A stretch of 63,918 bases of DNA, filler included, from Octopus bimaculoides (taxonomy: Eukaryota): NCBI RefSeq assembly GCF_001194135.2. It is 5 parts of 5 records of this genome, joined end to end, with 100 filler letters (N's around TTAATTAATTAA, not from the genome) between each part and the next. Parts side by side here need not be neighbours in the genome. Positions count along the whole stretch, not along the records: positions 1 to 15,546 come from NC_068999.1; positions 15,647 to 36,973 come from NC_068996.1; 3 more parts are not named here. The stretch is one strand, 5' to 3'. A program made the translations under genes and the position numbers. The notes below the pieces were generated by a model. It did no database searches. It saw nothing but the letters and a program-made list of their open reading frames with translations, and was not told the DNA's origin. Every line of letters begins with the position of its first letter. The stretch's first letter is position 1. This document shows, one piece after another, positions 11,007 to 23,430 of the stretch.

Positions 11007-11210
11007 AAGTCCCGAGAGGTATCCTAGAAAGTGGAAAATACCTCAAGGGATGAGTCGTTAACCGCAAAAAACCACTTGGCGGAAGAAGAAACCCCGAAAC
11101 TTCGTCGGTCCTGTCTGATATGTGAATGCTGTTTAAGATTGAGTGGGCGGGGCAGCTAGCAGCTGGTCTCACGCTCTCTCACTTTCCTAGAGACAGTCGT
11201 CGAGAAAAAT
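11007..11210 (-). promoter_or_regulatory. Putative 5' UTR / proximal promoter of the CREB3L-like exon
   Basis: CpG-rich island in AT-rich DNA with a GC box GGGCGGGGC at 11145-11153. No upstream ATG in the leader. There is also an acceptor-like TTTTCCACTTTCTAG|G at 11024/11023. Confidence 0.5.
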
Positions 11211-12184
11211 TAGTTCTCTTTCAGTCATTACTTTAAACATTTCATCTGACTTTTTGAATAATCTTAAAATTATGAAAAAGAATTGATTATTGTTTTACTC
11301 AAAAGTATTTTTCTATACCTTTTATTCCATCTTAAGATGATTGTATAAGTTTTCATGTAGTATAAAAATGCTTGCGTGTTGGCGAATGAATATTCAAGTA
11401 AGGTGATCAGGACAGTTAGCGTTTGAAAGAAGTCAGCTGTGTAGTCCAATGAGAAACTCTTAGCCTGAATAAATTAATTTAATGGCTGAAGAGCCAACTG
11501 TTGCGCTGACGCCGGGTTCCTGGCTGTTTCATCACGAAGTAACACTACTAAAATAAAGCGAAAATATCTCCCTGAATATTTCTGTCATTGAACATTTACA
11601 ACTGTACGACTGGAAATAAGTAAAATAAAATAAAATATAGTTATTCTTAATAGGCTATTTACTAACATATGTTTACTGGCGAAATCCATGTGTAATATTT
11701 TCTCGTGATCTTATTATGATAAACTTTAAGAGTTTATTCAGATAAAATATTTGAAAATATTTTAACAGAAATGAAATCAGATCAAGTTCTATGTGTAGTT
11801 TTTAAACTTTCAATTATCAACGTTCAAATGTTGATAATCAAGAAATAAGCTACTGGTGAGATGAGGTCGCTTCACTGTTCCGATTCCAAGTGAGAGTCAA
11901 TTTATTCTGTTTCTGCGAAGGCATGTACGTGAAAACATTACCATTTTACTTTCTCTCTAAATTCAAGTGTTTATGACTTTACGATGCAAACAAAAGAAGT
12001 ATCAAACAGTCACTAAAATGAGTATTAATATGATGTAGCAGCACAATCTGCGAGATTTATAAATAACATCTTGTAATTTTATCGAAATAAATCTAAGTAA
12101 ACGGTTTTGCAGTTTAATTAAAACCAATTACGTGTCAATAGCAGAGGCAACTCCAATAGCAAAAACAATAAAATGACACGCGAA

Positions 12185-12735
12185 ATTTTTAGTGGTCCTT
12201 ATCCTGCCGAGGTCAACTTTGTCATTTCTTCCTTTCGGGGTCGAAGAAATAAAGTACCAGTCAAGTTGATCAGGATCAATGTTATCGCCAAACCCCTCCC
12301 CTCAAAATTGTTGACTTTATGCCTAAATTAGAAACAATTATTTGTAGAATAATTAGATCGTCGAGAAAAAATCGTTGCCAGATTTCTTCTCGTTCAAATC
12401 CTGCCGAGATCAACTTCCCCTTTATCTCTCCGGGATTGATGAAGTGAAGTTAAGTACTTGGTCGATCTAATCGATTAACCCCCACTCCTCAAAAGTGCTA
12501 GCCTTGAACCCAAGTTAGACATAATTATTATTATTTGTTTTGTGGGAAGGTAACTATGTCCCAATATTATTTTGGTTTCGTGGGAAAGTAGCTATGTCTC
12601 AATATATCCTAAGTTCAAATCTTCTGAAGTTCGAGTTTTGACTTTCCTCCTGGCATCGGAAAAAATATGCATTGGTCGGTTACGGGAAAAGATTTGATAC
12701 CTTCTCCTATAAGCAGTATCAAAGTTAGAAATAAT
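12185..12735 (+). mobile_element. Cluster of three partial SINE family A copies
   Basis: Repeated CCTGCCGAG(G/A)TCAACTT..C.TTT..C.T.CGGG.T.GA.GAA.T.AAGTAC modules at about 12205, 12400 and (weakly) 12620. Confidence 0.65.
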
Positions 12736-13689
12736 TTTTCTCGGGTATAGAACAGGGTAATGGGCAGCAGGGTTGTTGTCTAAGCAGTTGACATAGTTCC
12801 GATTTCCTCATGGCTCCACCAGATTCGTTTTATGGTGAAGGGCAGGTGGAAATGTTAGAATGAGTATTTAGTTTCGTCCCACGGAATTATAATTATAATT
12901 ATTTAATGATGGTTTAATGATGACGGATTGAATTAAAGATGGAAGATTATCGGATTAAAAGCTTAACATGTTAACATTGAATTTTATGCATAGAATTATA
13001 ACTTTTATAATGAATTGGAACTCTTTTACCTTTTGTACATTTGATCTCTTCAACCATTTCGTTAAGGAAAGAACGCAATGTCCATGACCTTTTGCTTTTC
13101 AAAGCCTCCGAAATAGGTAGGAAGTTATTTTCAAACGGGAGACTTGCATGGTCCAAATACTTGCAATGCAATGAACTCCACTAGAAGCACGGAAGGACCA
13201 GGTGTTGGTCTTAAACCGGGCGATCGATTAAGTTTACCATACGAGAATTAATACCTCAATGAGCCGGAAGCAAATGTCGCGAGCCATTTTGTCTTATGTT
13301 GTAACAATTCTACCAATTCATTGATAAATAAATTTATAGTTTTAGTTTGGGTGGATATGGCCTACCTTATTTCAAAGAATTTCTAAGCAGTAGCTCAACC
13401 AACTAAAAATGACATTTTCCAAGAAATCACTCTGTAGGGAAGTGGTTATACACCATTAGGTGTATTCCGATTCCGTACATTAAATTTCTTAAGGAAGAAA
13501 ACGGAACGCAGGCTCTAAACTAACAACACAACAATATTTTTATTACAGGAGAATTCTGTTCAGACTAGGAGGGAATTCGGTAGCATGTCGCCCTTTGGTT
13601 AGATGAGACGCCGTTAATGAAGTTGCGTGGTTAGAAGTCATTTTGCTCTTCTCTGGTTATCTGTGTAGCTCCAGTGTTGAGCTGTCGGA

Positions 13690-13950
13690 GAGCTGCTACT
13701 GTGACGTCTAGCTTCCACGAAGGTCAGCGAGCAAAGAGATCGAAAATGCGCGGGAACGCTTGGATATGGATGACTACGCATGCGCCTGAGACTCTTCCTG
13801 TATTCCTTCCGGAACTAGTCCCTGCGCATGCGTGGATAAACTCTCCATAAATGGCGATTGATATTAGGCGCCACTACATGGCTCCCCCTCGAGTGCAGAA
13901 GCACGAAAATGGAAAAATTGAAGTGGCGCCTGAGGCAAGATGGCCACCGA
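13690..13950. promoter_or_regulatory. CpG-rich housekeeping-type, possibly bidirectional, promoter
   Basis: Two NRF1-like palindromes (ACGCATGCGC 13776-13785, TGCGCATGCG 13823-13832), ETS-like TTCCGGAA 13807-13814, YY1-like AAATGGCG 13849-13856 and AAGATGGCC 13937-13945, and CRE-like TGACGTCT near 13702. Motif identities are from vertebrate knowledge. Confidence 0.65.
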
Positions 13951-15331
13951 AACCACCCACAAGATGTGGCACAAATATATATAAAGAAAAATCAAAGAAA
14001 TGATGTACAATGGTGAGATACATGCATGCAATGTACAAAAGAATTGAGGAAAGAAAACATGCAAGTAAATGGGCAGTAAGTGCCACCTAGTGAAAACTAA
14101 AATAGACAATGACAAAACAACCGTGATGACGACTGTGCAGGAAAACTGGAATCACGCGATGTAAAAGTCTGATTTTTTTTTTTCTTTTTTGAAAGGAAAG
14201 AAAATATTCAGTAAGAAAGCACTGAAATTGTCCAATGAAACACAATATAAGACAGGCCGTCATGTAAACAAAGAATGTGTATACAAATATATGTATGTGA
14301 ATGCAAGAGATACAAAGCATAGAAAGAGTCTGTAACACAGGATAATAAGATACCAGTTTTGTTAAGGTACACAGTAGATTTGANNNNNNNNNNNNNNNNN
14401 NNNNNNNNNNNNNNNNNNNNNNNNNNNNNNNNNNNNNNNNNNNNNNNNNNNNNNNNNNNNNNNNNNNNNNNNNNNNNNNNNNNNNNNNNNNNNNNNNNNN
14501 NNNNNNNNNNNNNNNNNNNNNNNNNNNNNNNNNNNNNNNNNNNNNNNNNNNNNNNNNNNNNNNNNNNNNNNNNNNNNNNNNNNNNNNNNNNNNNNNNNNN
14601 NNNNNNNNNNNNNNNNNNNNNNNNNNNNNNNNNNNNNNNNNNNNNNNNNNNNNNNNNNNNNNNNNNNNNNNNNNNNNNNNNNNNNNNNNNNNNNNNNNNN
14701 NNNNNNNNNNNNNNNNNNNNNNNNNNNNNNNNNNNNNNNNNNNNNNNNNNNNNNNNNNNNNNNNNNNNNNNNNNNNNNNNNNNNNNNNNNNNNNNNNNNN
14801 NNNNNNNNNNNNNNNNNNNNNNNNNNNNNNNNNNNNNNNNNNNNNNNNNNNNNNNNNNNNNNNNNNNNAAGTGGCGCCTGAGGCAAGATGGCCACCGAAA
14901 CCACCCACAAGATGTGGCACAAATATATATAAAGAAAAATCAAAGAAATGATGTACAATGGTGAGATACATGCATGCAATGTACAAAAGAATTGAGGAAA
15001 GAAAACATGCAAGTAAATGGGCAGTAAGTGCCACCTAGTGAAAACTAAAATAGACAATGACAAAACAACCGTGATGACGACTGTGCAGGAAAACTGGAAT
15101 CACGCGATGTAAAAGTCTGATTTTTTTTTTTCTTTTTTGAAAGGAAAGAAAATATTCAGTAAGAAAGCACTGAAATTGTCCAATGAAACACAATATAAGA
15201 CAGGCCGTCATGTAAACAAAGAATGTGTATACAAATATATGTATGTGAATGCAAGAGATACAAAGCATAGAAAGAGTCTGTAACACAGGATAATAAGATA
15301 CCAGTTTTGTTAAGGTACACAGTAGATTTGA
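13921..15331 (+). repeat. 463-bp apparently identical direct duplication (13921-14383 and 14869-15331) flanking a gap; probably an assembly overlap artefact
   Basis: No differences found by eye. The first copy ends at the gap and the second starts at it. Confidence 0.85.
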
Positions 15332-15590
15332 AAGTCTGTAATATAAGAGGTTAAGGTTGAGGCAGAGCTAAGTCACTTGTCGTGCAGTTGAGGCTTCTAT
15401 GCCGGGCCGGATTCTTGATACAGATGGTTTCTCGCAGGTGTCGAATTCTGTTAACCTTGGTGAAGATATTTCACAACAGTATTGAGAGAAGCTGCGGTTG
15501 CTGTTTGGTAGCTTGTGTACGTAGAGTCGTGTTGACGTTGGGGACANNNNNNNNNNNNNNNNNNNNNNNNNNNNNNNNNNNNNNNNNNNN

Positions 15591-15602
15591 TTAATTAATT
15601 AA
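15591..15602. other. Assembly spacer TTAATTAATTAA (also at 37018-37029, 52071-52082, 61495-61506)
   Basis: Each 12-mer is flanked by exactly 44 N on both sides (100 in total) and has stops in all six frames. Artificial. Confidence 0.95.
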
Positions 15603-15649
15603 NNNNNNNNNNNNNNNNNNNNNNNNNNNNNNNNNNNNNNNNNNNNATA

Positions 15650-16160
15650 TATATAAACTTATATAAAACTTAGATATGTTTCGACCAAAGATTGGTCCAG
15701 GCCATGTCTAACTTAATAGCACCACCTGATAGGATTATCTAAATCCTTTTTACAGTCAAATTTTGTCTATGCTCTATTCAAGTAGTGAGTTCTTATTGAG
15801 TGAGTTGTATTCAGTCTGGTATTCCTTGAAGAAAGCTGTCTAGACTCCGTTTAAAGTTGATAGGATCCTTTTCCTCTTTTATCTGTTTCGGGACAATGTT
15901 AAACATGGCAGGGCCTGTTGAGGAAAAGAAATTATGCCGCAGTGTACCTATACGTTGTGATTCTAAATTGGGCAGGGGTCGTATGGCTCGTGGCCCCAGC
16001 CTTGGATGAACCTTGAAACTAATGTTCAGGTCGTTTGGGCAATGCTGGCGGTATATTCTCCACATTGTGCAAATGATGTACCTCTCACGGCGGCGCTGGA
16101 GAGAGTAGAGCTTCAAGGCTTTAAGGCGGCCCCAGTAATCAAGATCAGTCATGCCCATGC
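15650..16160 (-). mobile_element. CR1-type LINE 3' fragment
   Basis: ORF 15811-16221 contains DYWGRLKALKLYSLQRRRERY...FKRSLDSFLQGIPD. The 3' UTR has a hairpin, GAAAC and a TATCTAAG tail like the copy at 29.6 kb. Confidence 0.85.
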
Positions 16161-16341
16161 AATATATGTATACATGTGTGTGTTTGTGTGTGTGTGTACA
16201 ATTAAAGGGTAAATACCTCATTAAGGGATAATAAAATCTTATTAACTTTTACAATATGCAATAAATATCCTATTTAATTTTCAACTGTATATATCTAAGA
16301 AAATAAGAGTATAGAGATGATTAATAATTATTTATCATTAA

Positions 16342-18112
16342 CTAGCAGAGATACTCGGCTTTGCCCGTGTTTCATGGAATTGAAGAACTAGACTTTTCTT
16401 TTATATTTTCTCTAATGAACTGGAATATCTATGGTTCGAATTTCATCAAAATTGCAGATTAAGAACTTTAATGAGGATTTTTCCCTCTTTACACGCCATA
16501 CCAAAATTTCTAATGATGACACATTTATCCCTTACTACTCATCTTTATGCCCAGATTCCAAAATCCAAATCTTATGAAACCTATTCAAAGACTTTTGTCC
16601 CTGAAAAATGGAACACATGGAGCACACGGAGCTGTAAAATATGGGAGTTAAGGCCCCCATTTTTTGGTGGTGGTTGGGGAGTCTTAAAGTCAACTAGAGA
16701 AGTTGTATTGTTGGGAATCTATTTTAAATTGGGTCTTATATCTATTGTTAAAATTTCGGAAATATATGAATCGGAATATATAAAACTTCACTGGATTTGT
16801 AAAAGAGAGCAAAGCTACAGGAAACCCAAAGACGATGATCACAATAAGCAGTCATCTACCCTACTCTAATCGTTACTACTCGCCAATGGAGAATTCCTCA
16901 CCATACAGGTGACGGGTACAGTCATAAAATGCATTACGAATTGGAAGGACGCGACCCAACACAAATAAACATTAACAACTGTGTGACGTGAGGGCTAAGG
17001 GGAAATGAAAATGTCGCCTCTGGAGTTTACCAATGATCATTATACCGATAGGTAGCTGGACAGAATAAATTTGCAATCTATAAATCTCTTTGAATGACCA
17101 GTCAGTTATCTGGGAAAGCCTTGAAATCAATGTTACCATCTATGTGTGACCCAGTGATAATAAAAAGTCTCAAAGGAGGTCTACAATGAACTAACCTTAC
17201 TCAAAATAACACTTTGCAACTAACTGAATCAGTGAGGGCAAAGATGCCCCTCCATTAGTTGACAAGTTATGCACCACATCGCAGAAATCACAATCTAAAT
17301 ATATCTCAAAGCTAACTCTTACACTGTTGTACCATTGAATTACAAATAGCGCTCATCTTGTATGCTCGAGTGACTCCACAGTTTCTAAGAGTACAATTAC
17401 ATTCGCCTTAGCTTAGGAAAAATGACTAAATTGTGGGGGTTAAGCCCTTATTAAGGGGTCTTACTAACTCCTTAGAAGTTGAAATTTTAGAAATATTACT
17501 TAATTTGTGTCTAATATCTAGGGTTAAAATTTCAGCAACAGCAAACATATAAGAATTTTCATGGGGGTTATGGCCTCATTTATGCCCCCTCACTTTCAAA
17601 CATATACTGCATTACACCTGTCCTTATGCATAGGATATAATTTCCAAATTTCATGAAGATCCATTCAGTACTTTTGACCTAGTTTTGAATTATAAAAAAA
17701 TGACTAAAATTAGGAAGTTAAGCCCCCACCCCCCGCCACATTAGGGAGTCTTTAGAATCCTCATGAGAAGCGGAAACTTTGGGAATACTTCTTGATGTGT
17801 GTCAATTAATTATGGTTGACATTTTTTCAACATCAAAAATTTATGGATTTTCATGGGGGGTTCTGCCCCCTTTAAGCCATCTCAATTTCAAACCAAACAT
17901 ACTGCATTATACCCGCCCTTATGCATTGAATCTAAGTTCCAAATATCTTTAGGATCTATTCAGTAATTTTGGTCCATGAAATTGTATGAAACATACAGCA
18001 TTACCCTCCTACCTAGGCTTGGATTTTGTGTTCCAAATCTCATTAGGATCGGTGCAGTAGTTTTCGAATGTATAAATAACACACACAAACACTTCGACTT
18101 TTATATAATAGA
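16342..18112 (-). mobile_element. Full-length non-autonomous Helitron, about 1.77 kb
   Basis: Minus-strand 5' end A|TCTATTATATAAAAGTCG at 18112. The 3' end is an imperfect hairpin (CACGGGCAAAGCCGAG) followed by CTAG|T at 16342. It sits in an AT target without TSD. Internal duplicated blocks at about 17555-17690 and 17845-17980. Confidence 0.75.
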
Positions 18113-18254
18113 TATAAATATGCACATATACATACATGTATATATGTGTGTTATATATATATATATATATATATATACAGGAAGATAGATTGATAGATAT
18201 AACTGAGTGGGCAAACAAAAATATGAGAGACTGCCTTGAAGAATTTTTTGTCGA

Positions 18255-18550
18255 AAAAATCGACCCCAGTTCATTTTTTTTACTTTGATAAGCCTGGTAC
18301 TTATTCTATCAGTCTCTTCTTCTCAAACCAGTAAGTTATGGGGATGTAAATAAACCAACAGCACTTGTCAAGCAGTGATGAGGGAGAAACACAGGCACAA
18401 AGACACACACATACACTTACATATATACATATGTATGCACAATTGGTTTCTTTCAGTTTCTGCGTAAGGAATCCACTCACAAGTCTTTGGTTGGTCTGAT
18501 GCTACAGCAGAAAACACATGCCAAGTTACCACACAGTGAGGACTATGTGT
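18255..18550 (-). mobile_element. SINE family B
   Basis: Reverse complement of the 33.2-34.0 kb modules, with a short CA/TA repeat between the halves. Confidence 0.75.
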
Positions 18551-18601
18551 TTCTTACGACACACCCATACCTGCACCTATATATATATATATATGTGCGT
18601 G

Positions 18602-18640
<39 letters not shown>

Positions 18641-18920
18641 GTGTGTATGTTTGCGTGTGTGTATGTGTATATGTGTGTATGTTTATGTATATATGTATGT
18701 ATATGTATCTCTATCTCTATATATATACACATACATGTACACACGCATATATATACGCATATATATACGCATATATATATACATATATAAACATATAAAT
18801 CTCTCTCTCTATATATATATACATACATGAATATATATACATCCATGCATATACGTCTATATATATATACATCTATACATATGCATCTGTACTATACATC
18901 AATCTATCTACCTATCTATA

Positions 18921-18983
<63 letters not shown>

Positions 18984-20289
18984 ATATATATATATNNNNN
19001 NNNNNNNNNNNNNNNNNNNNNNNNNNNNNNNNNNNNNNNNNNNNNNNNNNNNNNNNNNNNNNNNNNNNNNNNNNNNNNNNNNNNNNNNNNNNNNNNNNNN
19101 NNNNNNNNNNNNNNNNNNNNNNNNNNNNNNNNNNNNNNNNNNNNNNNNNNNNNNNNNNNNNNNNNNNNNNNNNNNNNNNNNNNNNNNNNNNNNNNNNNNN
19201 NNNNNNNNNNNNNNNNNNNNNNNNNNNNNNNNNNNNNNNNNNNNNNNNNNNNNNNNNNNNNNNNNNNNNNNNNNNNNNNNNNNNNNNNNNNNNNNNNNNN
19301 NNNNNNNNNNNNNNNNNNNNNNNNNNNNNNNNNNNNNNNNNNNNNNNNNNNNNNNNNNNNNNNNNNNNNNNNNNNNNNNNNNNNNNNNNNNNNNNNNNNN
19401 NNNNNNNNNNNNNNNNNNNNNNNNNNNNNNNNNNNNNNNNNNNNNNNNNNNNNNNNNNNNNNNNNNNNNNNNNNNNNNNNNNNNNNNNNNNNNNNNNNNN
19501 NNNNNNNNNNNNNNNNNNNNNNNNNNNNNNNNNNNNNNNNNNNNNNNNNNNNNNNNNNNNNNNNNNNNNNNNNNNNNNNNNNNNNNNNNNNNNNNNNNNN
19601 NNNNNNNNNNNNNNNNNNNNNNNNNNNATATATACAGATATATAGATGGATAGATACATAGATAGATAGAGAGAGAGAAAGACACAGAGAGTGTGAAGCA
19701 GAGAAAAGCAGAATAACAAATGCATTCATATACGTTTATATATAAAAATAGCTCATACCTTCTTAAGTAATACAGCGCTTAATTCTTTAAAGACACCGGT
19801 GCATCTTCTCTGATCTATTACCATTGTTTGTGAGAGAGGGATATAAATTGTATGTTAGCGAGAGAGAGAGAGACAGAGATGAGGAGGAGGAAGAAGAAGA
19901 AGAAAGAGAGAGAGGGGGGAGAGAGAGAGAGAAGGAAACGGAGAGGAAAAGAGAGAAGCGTGTATATGTGCCATTATTATAAAAGAGTATCAAAAACTTT
20001 AAAGCGATCATTCAAACTAGCTCTCCCGATAACTTGATTATTCGTTATTTTTTATCACTATTTGTGAATGGTAGTATCTTTATTTGCAGCTATTCAAAGA
20101 GCAAATCACTCCTCCAATGCTTTTCTCGGGAAGAGAGTGATTGCCTGTAACTCGATGCCGATGAAATATCGGAAAAAAAATTCGTTCGTAAAATAGATTT
20201 TCTGTTTTCTCGCTCATCGTTATGACCTTTGCTGAGATGCATCAACGAAAGATATTTTTACGCACTCACAAGTATACACATACTTATAT

Positions 20290-20445
20290 AGGCCGTGATC
20301 ACACACACCATCCATTTACCAAATTCCACTCTCAATGTTATTTTAGCTATAGAAGAAGACACTCATAAAGGTGTCACGCACTAGAATTGAATCTGGAACC
20401 GCGTACATGCGAAGCTAATTCCTAACATGTCACCCTTGCCTGCTC
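20290..20445 (-). mobile_element. SINE family B head, diverged
   Basis: Minus strand GGTTCCAGATTCAATTCTAGTGCGTGACACC...GTGTCTTCTTCTATAGC. Confidence 0.55.
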
Positions 20446-21415
20446 TGCTTCCTTTTACTACACTTCATAGATAGAAGTTTCTTTGTTGTTCATCTCCTCC
20501 ACGAGTAATAGATTCAGAATTTTTGTTTCTCATAAAGCAATATAAAAAAGAATAAAACAAAACACTATGCATTTTTCTTACATTACCTCTATAATACATA
20601 AATAAAAATTAAGTTTAAACGAGTGATAGGTGACAGATTCAGTAAAGCCTTGCATTATTTTGTTACAACAGCAACGCTACGATATCAACAGAAGCATACA
20701 AAATAAACTAAAATGGAAAAGAAACTTCACCAACGACTTTGTCATTCATTTTGCCTGACGCAAAATCTTTTCTTCGTATTAATATAACGTAGACTTTTAT
20801 TTAACATGGATTAAGCTTGATACTGTAAAAAAAATCTCGTTTCATACAAAATGAAGTTTGAGTTACCGACAAAAAGGTATCACCAAACAAAACAAAGTAT
20901 TTTAATGATATTTATAGTGTGCTTTTTAAATGATGTATAGGAACAGAAAACAAACTGTTTCTTGACGTAATTAGATGCTCCCGTTCTCTGGTCATAAACC
21001 CTTATATTAATTTACACTTTTCTTCTCTCTGAAGCCGATAAATAGAGAACTAGAATCGGTGATACACATTCTCAGGTTTAATGTATTGAAACGATGGTGG
21101 TAGATTATTAGAACTGCTAGAAGTTTCTGTCAAAATGATTTGTAGTTATATGTTGCATTATGATTTTAAATATCTCTGAGGTCGATTCATTTCTTTTCTA
21201 TCTTACGAATCGATAAAATTACAATCGGATAAACAATTACGTTCGATACGATCAAATATATGGCCTTGTGCCTATACACAAGGTCATATATTCGAAACGC
21301 CTTTCAAGTATTGTAGAGTATTTCAAGCGTTTGATTTGTACAGAAAACACAAAGCAACAACTAATTGTATGGTGAAATATATAACCCCCCCCCCCTAAAT
21401 TGCATGCCATAATAA

Positions 21416-21504
<89 letters not shown>

Positions 21505-21584
21505 TGTACGAGCGTAAATGCCATTTGCATGCTAAAACTATTACACATTGATTATGTATTAGTATTTCCTGGTGAACAGAAGAT

Positions 21585-22320
21585 ATGTATCGATGGTTGG
21601 AATCGATTCAGATCAAGCAAGAGTCACCATTGGTTTCCATATGGAACTGTTTCGGCCCTGCTTCTGTCTATAATCTATATAAACGATATCTCAAAAGTCA
21701 TTAAACACAGTAAAATAGAAATATTCGCAGACGACTCCAAACTCCAAACGATTCTCAACGGAGAAGACCTCATACTGGACTCCAGTTTGATTTACATGTT
21801 GTAAAGCCAATAAATTGACAAAAACATTATGCGGTTAAATGAAGAAAAATCTCAGCTTATATACTTTGCTAAAATGACTGGTCAAACGACTATATTCTCT
21901 TCCTTCAAGGGAACTACTCACAGAAGCCGATGATATCAGGGATGTAAGAGCAATTGTTCACAACAACCTCGCCTGGGATGTTCACATCAACAATAAAGTC
22001 AATATGCCTTGCAAAGTGAACTCCTGGATTCTCAAACGTTTCCGGTCCAGGGAGGTATATGTTATCATTATCCTTTTCTCCTCCTTTGTATGGACATACC
22101 TAGAATACTGCTCCCCATGTAGTCTTCCAACACCAAATAAAGCATTATCAGAGTTGAGTCCGCAGAGAGCAATCACTAAATGAACAAAGCATGACTCATC
22201 TCCATGATTGGGACCGCCTAAAAACATCGAAATTTTATTCACTCCAGCGCTGCCATGAGCGCTACACTGTTTGCACGATATGGAGAATATACCACCAGCC
22301 TTACCCCCAGGACAATATCT
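21585..22320 (+). mobile_element. CR1-type LINE RT and C-terminal fragment, degenerate
   Basis: PYGTVSALLLSIIYINDISKVIKHSKIEIFADDSKLQ, EYCSP, and WDRLKTSKFYSLQRCHERY. Confidence 0.85.
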
Positions 22321-22474
22321 TATATACAGTTATATAAATAGACATAAATATGTATGTATGTATGTAAGTATGTATGTATGTATGTATGTATGTATCTCAG
22401 CCCTGTGTGGCCAATAAAGAAACATATCTGTGTGTTTATCGCTCCATCTATTTATCTACCTGCCTGCCTGCTTA

Positions 22475-22507
<33 letters not shown>

Positions 22508-23180
22508 NNNNNNNNNNNNNNNNNNNNNNNNNNNNNNNNNNNNNNNNNNNNNNNNNNNNNNNNNNNNNNNNNNNNNNNNNNNNNNNNNNNNNNNNNNNNN
22601 NNNNNNNNNNNNNNNNNNNNNNNNNNNNNNNNNNNNNNNNNNNNNNNNNNNNNNNNNNNNNNNNNNNNNNNNNNNNNNNNNNNNNNNNNNNNNNNNNNNN
22701 NNNNNNNNNNNNNNNNNNNNNNNNNNNNNNNNNNNNNNNNNNNNNNNNNNNNNNNNNNNNNNNNNNNNNNNNNNNNNNNNNNNNNNNNNNNNNNNNNNNN
22801 NNNNNNNNNNNNNNNNNNNNNNNNNNNNNNNNNNNNNNNNNNNNNNNNNNNNNNNNNNNNNNNNNNNNNNNNNNNNNNNNNNNNNNNNNNNNNNNNNNNN
22901 NNNNNNNNNNNNNNNNNNNNNNNNNNNNNNNNNNNNNNNNNNNNNNNNNNNNNNNNNNNNNNNNNNNNNNNNNNNNNNNNNNNNNNNNNNNNNNNNNNNN
23001 NNNNNNNNNNNNNNNNNNNNNNNNNNNNNNNNNNNNNNNNNNNNNNNNNNNNNNNNNNNNNNNNNNNNNNNNNNNNNNNNNNNNNNNNNNNNNNNNNNNN
23101 NNNNNNNNNNNNNNNNNNNNNNNNNNNNNNNNNNNNNNNNNNNNNNNNNNNNNNNNNNNNNNNNNNNNNNNNNNNNNNNN

Positions 23181-23430
23181 CTGACCGCATAGCCTTTTCC
23201 GTTTGTTTTCCTGTCTTGTTTTTTGTCCGCCACTACATTCCTCCATGGCACAGGTTTAATTTGTGTATACAAATTTAATTTGCGGTTCATGGGAAGAGCC
23301 ATTTTAACGATGCGTCTTGCCCAACTCTTCGAAACGCCGGTGTTAAAATGGGGGTAGCTGGTGAAGGAAAATGTTCTCTATGTGGCTTGTGTGTTTTCTG
23401 TACTCTGGTTATTATTATTTTCTTGTCGTA
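23181..23430 (+). mobile_element. Dispersed repeat, Penelope-like terminal fragment; inverted second copy at 27063-27210
   Basis: CCAACTCTTCGAAACGCC.GTGTTAAAATGGGG..TAGCTG.TGAAGGAAAATGTTCTCTATGTGGCTTGTGTG occurs here and reverse-complemented at 27.1-27.2 kb. The family assignment is tentative. Confidence 0.5.

Noticed and set aside
23298-23352. Hammerhead in the CCATTTTAAC...GAAAC...GTTAAAATGG hairpin
   Set aside because: The 10-bp stem is real, but the CUGANGA box is absent at the required position and there is no valid NUH site.
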